A DNA stretch of 64,000 bases from Azolla caroliniana (taxonomy: Eukaryota; Plantae; Polypodiophyta), in assembly GCA_043228905.1 (NCBI GenBank), contig JBHGNT010000009.1, forward strand, positions 21,266,001 to 21,330,000, read 5' to 3'. Below are positions 61,036 through 64,000 of this stretch, in pieces. The notes under the pieces were generated by a model. That model made no database searches and had not been told where the DNA came from. It worked only from the letters and a program-made list of their open reading frames with translations. Numbering within the stretch: the first letter of the stretch is position 1; every line of letters starts with the position of its first letter. The position numbers were made by a program, and so were the translations under genes.

Positions 61036-64000
61036 TGTCGTGTTATTACGCTAGTGCGTATAGAAACGAGGCGGGACCGCGGGGGTCTTGAACCGAAGAG
61101 CAAGCGAGGGTGGAGAAAGAGAGAGGACCGGTTACGCGGGACCGGGGATACACAGGGACATGGCCCTTCAACACAGAGAACGCGAACAGACGTCGACACA
61201 GGTAGACGCAAACAAATGAATATAAATGTATATATATGAGCAAATATCTGATCAAGAAGCTACAACCCGCGATGGGGCACAGGATGGTTACAACCGAACA
61301 GGCCGGCGAACAGATGCCGATGCCTGTTCGCTGCGTCGCACAAAAGGGAGCAGGTCGGAGGTGCTGCCGGAAGCACTCGGGCGTTCCTCGCAACAGCGCG
61401 AGCCTCCTCGAAAACCCTGCACAGGAAAAGCTATGGAGGAAAAGAAGGAGAACAGAGAGAGAAGCGTCCAGAATCGGTCCGACAGCACTTCGTCCTCTCT
61501 GCGCGATCCCCCCCGTTCTTCCCCGTCCTCCTCCTTTTTATCCGTCAAGAAGGAGCCGTTCGGCATTAAATTCCTACCTACCGTATCTAACCACTTCGAT
61601 CCTCCTAGGTACCTAATTCGCCTCTATGTACAACTTGGCGCGCACGTGCGTGAAGAGCCGGTTGCCACGCCTCGGTGCCCCAATTCCACCCTCGGACGGT
61701 TTTCTTCACGACATCCGCCCCCACCTAACCGCGCATCCACCGGCATGCGCCAAATTAAGTTGGGACGGAGAAAACCGGCCCGCCTTCATTCTTCGCCCAT
61801 CGGTCCTTCCTCGGTCTCGGATCGGTCGTCGCTGCTGTCTAGGAGAACCGGGTTTGGCTCGTCGTGTCGCTTCTTGAAGGCTTTGATCCTCTTTCCAGCC
61901 ACGGGTATCGCCATTCTCGTGCCGTCGAGTTCCGCCAGGTGATACGTCCCGTTGTCGTTGGCGCTTTGTACCGCGTACGGCCCAAACCATCTCCGCGCGA
62001 ACTTCCGTGTAGCCCGATGCTGGTTGTCGAGGCTGCTGTCGTAGACGAGCACCCAGTCACCTTCCTCGATCTTCTTCGGTCGGAGCCGGTGCGTTCGGTC
62101 GAACCTGGCTTTGTTCTTTGTCCTCGCCACCCGGAGCTTCTCCGAAGCCAGCTCCACGTCCTCCGGTCTCCGCTCGAGTTGTCGTATACGCGCGGCCAAC
62201 AACTCCTCCCGGCTCATCTCGTCCCTCCAGCCGACCGTTGCCCATGAGGAGATCGTCCGTTCCATCGGCATGATCGGTTTCTGGCCGAACATGAGCTCCG
62301 TCGGCATGTACCCGGTTACCGAACTGTGCGTAGTCCGGTCTGCCCACAAAGCATAAGGTAGCAGCCGCGGCCAGTTACCGACTTGGCCTCCGCATGCCCG
62401 AACCAACGCCTTGACGATCGGCCCGTGTCCGCGCTCCACCTTTCCATTCGCCTCCGGATTGTACGCAGTGGTGAGCGAGAGCTTGACTCCCAGCCGGTCG
62501 AACAGCTCCGCGGCTTCTTCGGCGTCCAACTCCCCTCGGTCAGCCACGATCTTTCCGACACACCCGTACCGGCATATCACGTCCTCGATTAGGAACCGAC
62601 ATACGGCCGCGGTCGTTTTGTTCTGAAGGGCTCGGCCTTCCACCTGGTTCGTCAGATCCTCCTGTGCTAGGACCAGATACCGCATCTGTCCTACCCCCAT
62701 TGGCATCGTTACCAGATCTACCATCCATTTGAAGTGGATGGTCGGAGGGTACGTAGGGTGAAGCTCGTCCCGGTGTCGGACTACGGAGTGCATATGACAA
62801 TTTTCGCAAGTCGTCACGAACCGACGCACGTCCCGGTACAATCCCGGCCACCAATACTTCCCCTTTAGTTTCTCGAATGTGGCCCACGTTCCACGGTGTC
62901 CAGCCCAAGGGCTGTCGTGGTAGGCCGCCAGCAGCTCCTCCTGTTCCTCCTTCGTCGCCACCACCCGGAGCGGGACGCCGCTCCTCTTCTTCGGGTGTTT
63001 CCATAGATAGCCATCCCGGAGAAAGAAGCGGTATGCTTTCTTCCGGATCCGGTTGGCCTCGTCTTTCGTCCATGACGCATCCGGCGCCATTGTCCTCAAG
63101 AACCCGCCGATCCGCAGCCACTCCCCGTCGTACTTGCTCGCGTCGAAGTCGTTAAGCGCCGGAGTGCTCGTCCCGTCTGTTGTTACGTATGCTGCCTCGA
63201 AGAAGTCCACACCGACCTCTTCGTCCTCCGACACCATGCCGCCCTCGTCATCGAACCTCGCCCTCGAAAGCATGTCGGCCATGGCATTGTCTTTCCCGGA
63301 AATGTGTCGTATTTCTGGGTCCAGGGACTTGATGTACGCTATCCACCTGAGCATTGCCAGGTCCGGCGTCGCGCATCCAGAAACCATGCCGAGAATTGGC
63401 AGGCAATCCGTCTCGATAATCACTTCTGTCCCGATCAGATAGTCTTTGTCGGCCTTTACCGCCGAAACGATACCCCAGAGTTCGCGCTTAACCTGGGCGT
63501 ATCCTCGCTGCCGCTCACTAAGGACTTTCGCGCCGAATCGAATTGGAAACCGATTGCCGTCCTCGTCTTCTTGGTTGACGACCCACCCGATTCCGGTCGG
63601 ACTCGTGTCAACCGTTATGTATACTGGGGTGCCCTTCTTGTAGACGGCCTTCCGGAGCGCCGGTGCTGCCGAAAGAGCCTCCTTCAGCTTCCGGACCGAC
63701 TCCGTGTGCTCGTCAAGCCATTCGAACCTTCGCCCTTTCTTCAGCAACCCGTACAGCGGCTCCACGACGTGTGCGTAATGCGGGATCCATATGTGGTAGA
63801 ACGCGCATGCTCCCAAGAATCTTCGTACTTCCGTGACCGAGCTGCAGTCGGGCTTCATCGCGGAGATGGCTTCTACCTTTGCCGGAGACGGTTTCCGGCC
63901 ATATGGCCCACATAAGTGTCCGACCACCATGATTTCCGACTGCCCGAAGGCTGATTTCTCCCCCGAGAAGGTGAGCCTCGCATCCTCTAGCCTTTGCAGC
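61036..64000 (-). mobile_element. Ty3/Gypsy element C (3' part, cut by window end), relative of B
   Basis: 3' LTR 61036-61713, PPT about 61714-61726, flank ccgt. Confidence 0.93.
61786..64000 (-). CDS. pol: Pol (RT end, RNase H, integrase) of element C, partial
   Basis: Open frame nearly identical to the corresponding part of element B Pol. Confidence 0.93.
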   Translation of the reverse strand, partial: LQRLEDARLTFSGEKSAFGQSEIMVVGHLCGPYGRKPSPAKVEAISAMKPDCSSVTEVRRFLGACAFYHIWIPHYAHVVEPLYGLLKKGRRFEWLDEHTESVRKLKEALSAAPALRKAVYKKGTPVYITVDTSPTGIGWVVNQEDEDGNRFPIRFGAKVLSERQRGYAQVKRELWGIVSAVKADKDYLIGTEVIIETDCLPILGMVSGCATPDLAMLRWIAYIKSLDPEIRHISGKDNAMADMLSRARFDDEGGMVSEDEEVGVDFFEAAYVTTDGTSTPALNDFDASKYDGEWLRIGGFLRTMAPDASWTKDEANRIRKKAYRFFLRDGYLWKHPKKRSGVPLRVVATKEEQEELLAAYHDSPWAGHRGTWATFEKLKGKYWWPGLYRDVRRFVTTCENCHMHSVVRHRDELHPTYPPTIHFKWMVDLVTMPMGVGQMRYLVLAQEDLTNQVEGRALQNKTTAAVCRFLIEDVICRYGCVGKIVADRGELDAEEAAELFDRLGVKLSLTTAYNPEANGKVERGHGPIVKALVRACGGQVGNWPRLLPYALWADRTTHSSVTGYMPTELMFGQKPIMPMERTISSWATVGWRDEMSREELLAARIRQLERRPEDVELASEKLRVARTKNKARFDRTHRLRPKKIEEGDWVLVYDSSLDNQHRATRKFARRWFGPYAVQSANDNGTYHLAELDGTRMAIPVAGKRIKAFKKRHDEPNPVLLDSSDDRSETEEGPMGEE

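Overview
Eukaryotic, almost certainly land-plant, repeat-dense DNA (Arabidopsis-type TTTAGGG repeat, PBS motifs matching plant tRNAs as I recall them, spliceosomal introns). The window is a stack of nested transposons. Left half, rebuilt outside-in: a degraded Copia (from 2636) is joined to the 3' end of a Penelope-like element (RT at 33.3-35.2 kb, hammerhead ribozyme at 4791-4842). Its (GA)n tract holds an L1-like LINE (about 4911-33124), which holds a minus-strand non-chromovirus Gypsy (5157-27641), which holds a recombinant Copia (9652-15304) and a tRNA-Trp-primed Gypsy (19725-27108). Right half: a MULE-like transposase split by an intact Trp-primed Gypsy (39181-46411); a convergent Sola-like transposase split by a deleted Copia (49335-53028) and an intronic palindromic minisatellite; a truncated Gypsy; a WDR46/UTP7 pseudogene split by a solo LTR carrying a tRNA-like sequence; and a third copy of the Trp-primed family. 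Most unusual: (1) a Gypsy with inward-facing tRNA-Arg primer-binding sites at both LTRs and no polypurine tract; (2) a Gypsy family with a conserved -1 frameshift pseudoknot whose three insertion sites are all CpG-centred; (3) an endonuclease-less Penelope-like element with a minimal hammerhead. All calls are by eye; no searches were run.
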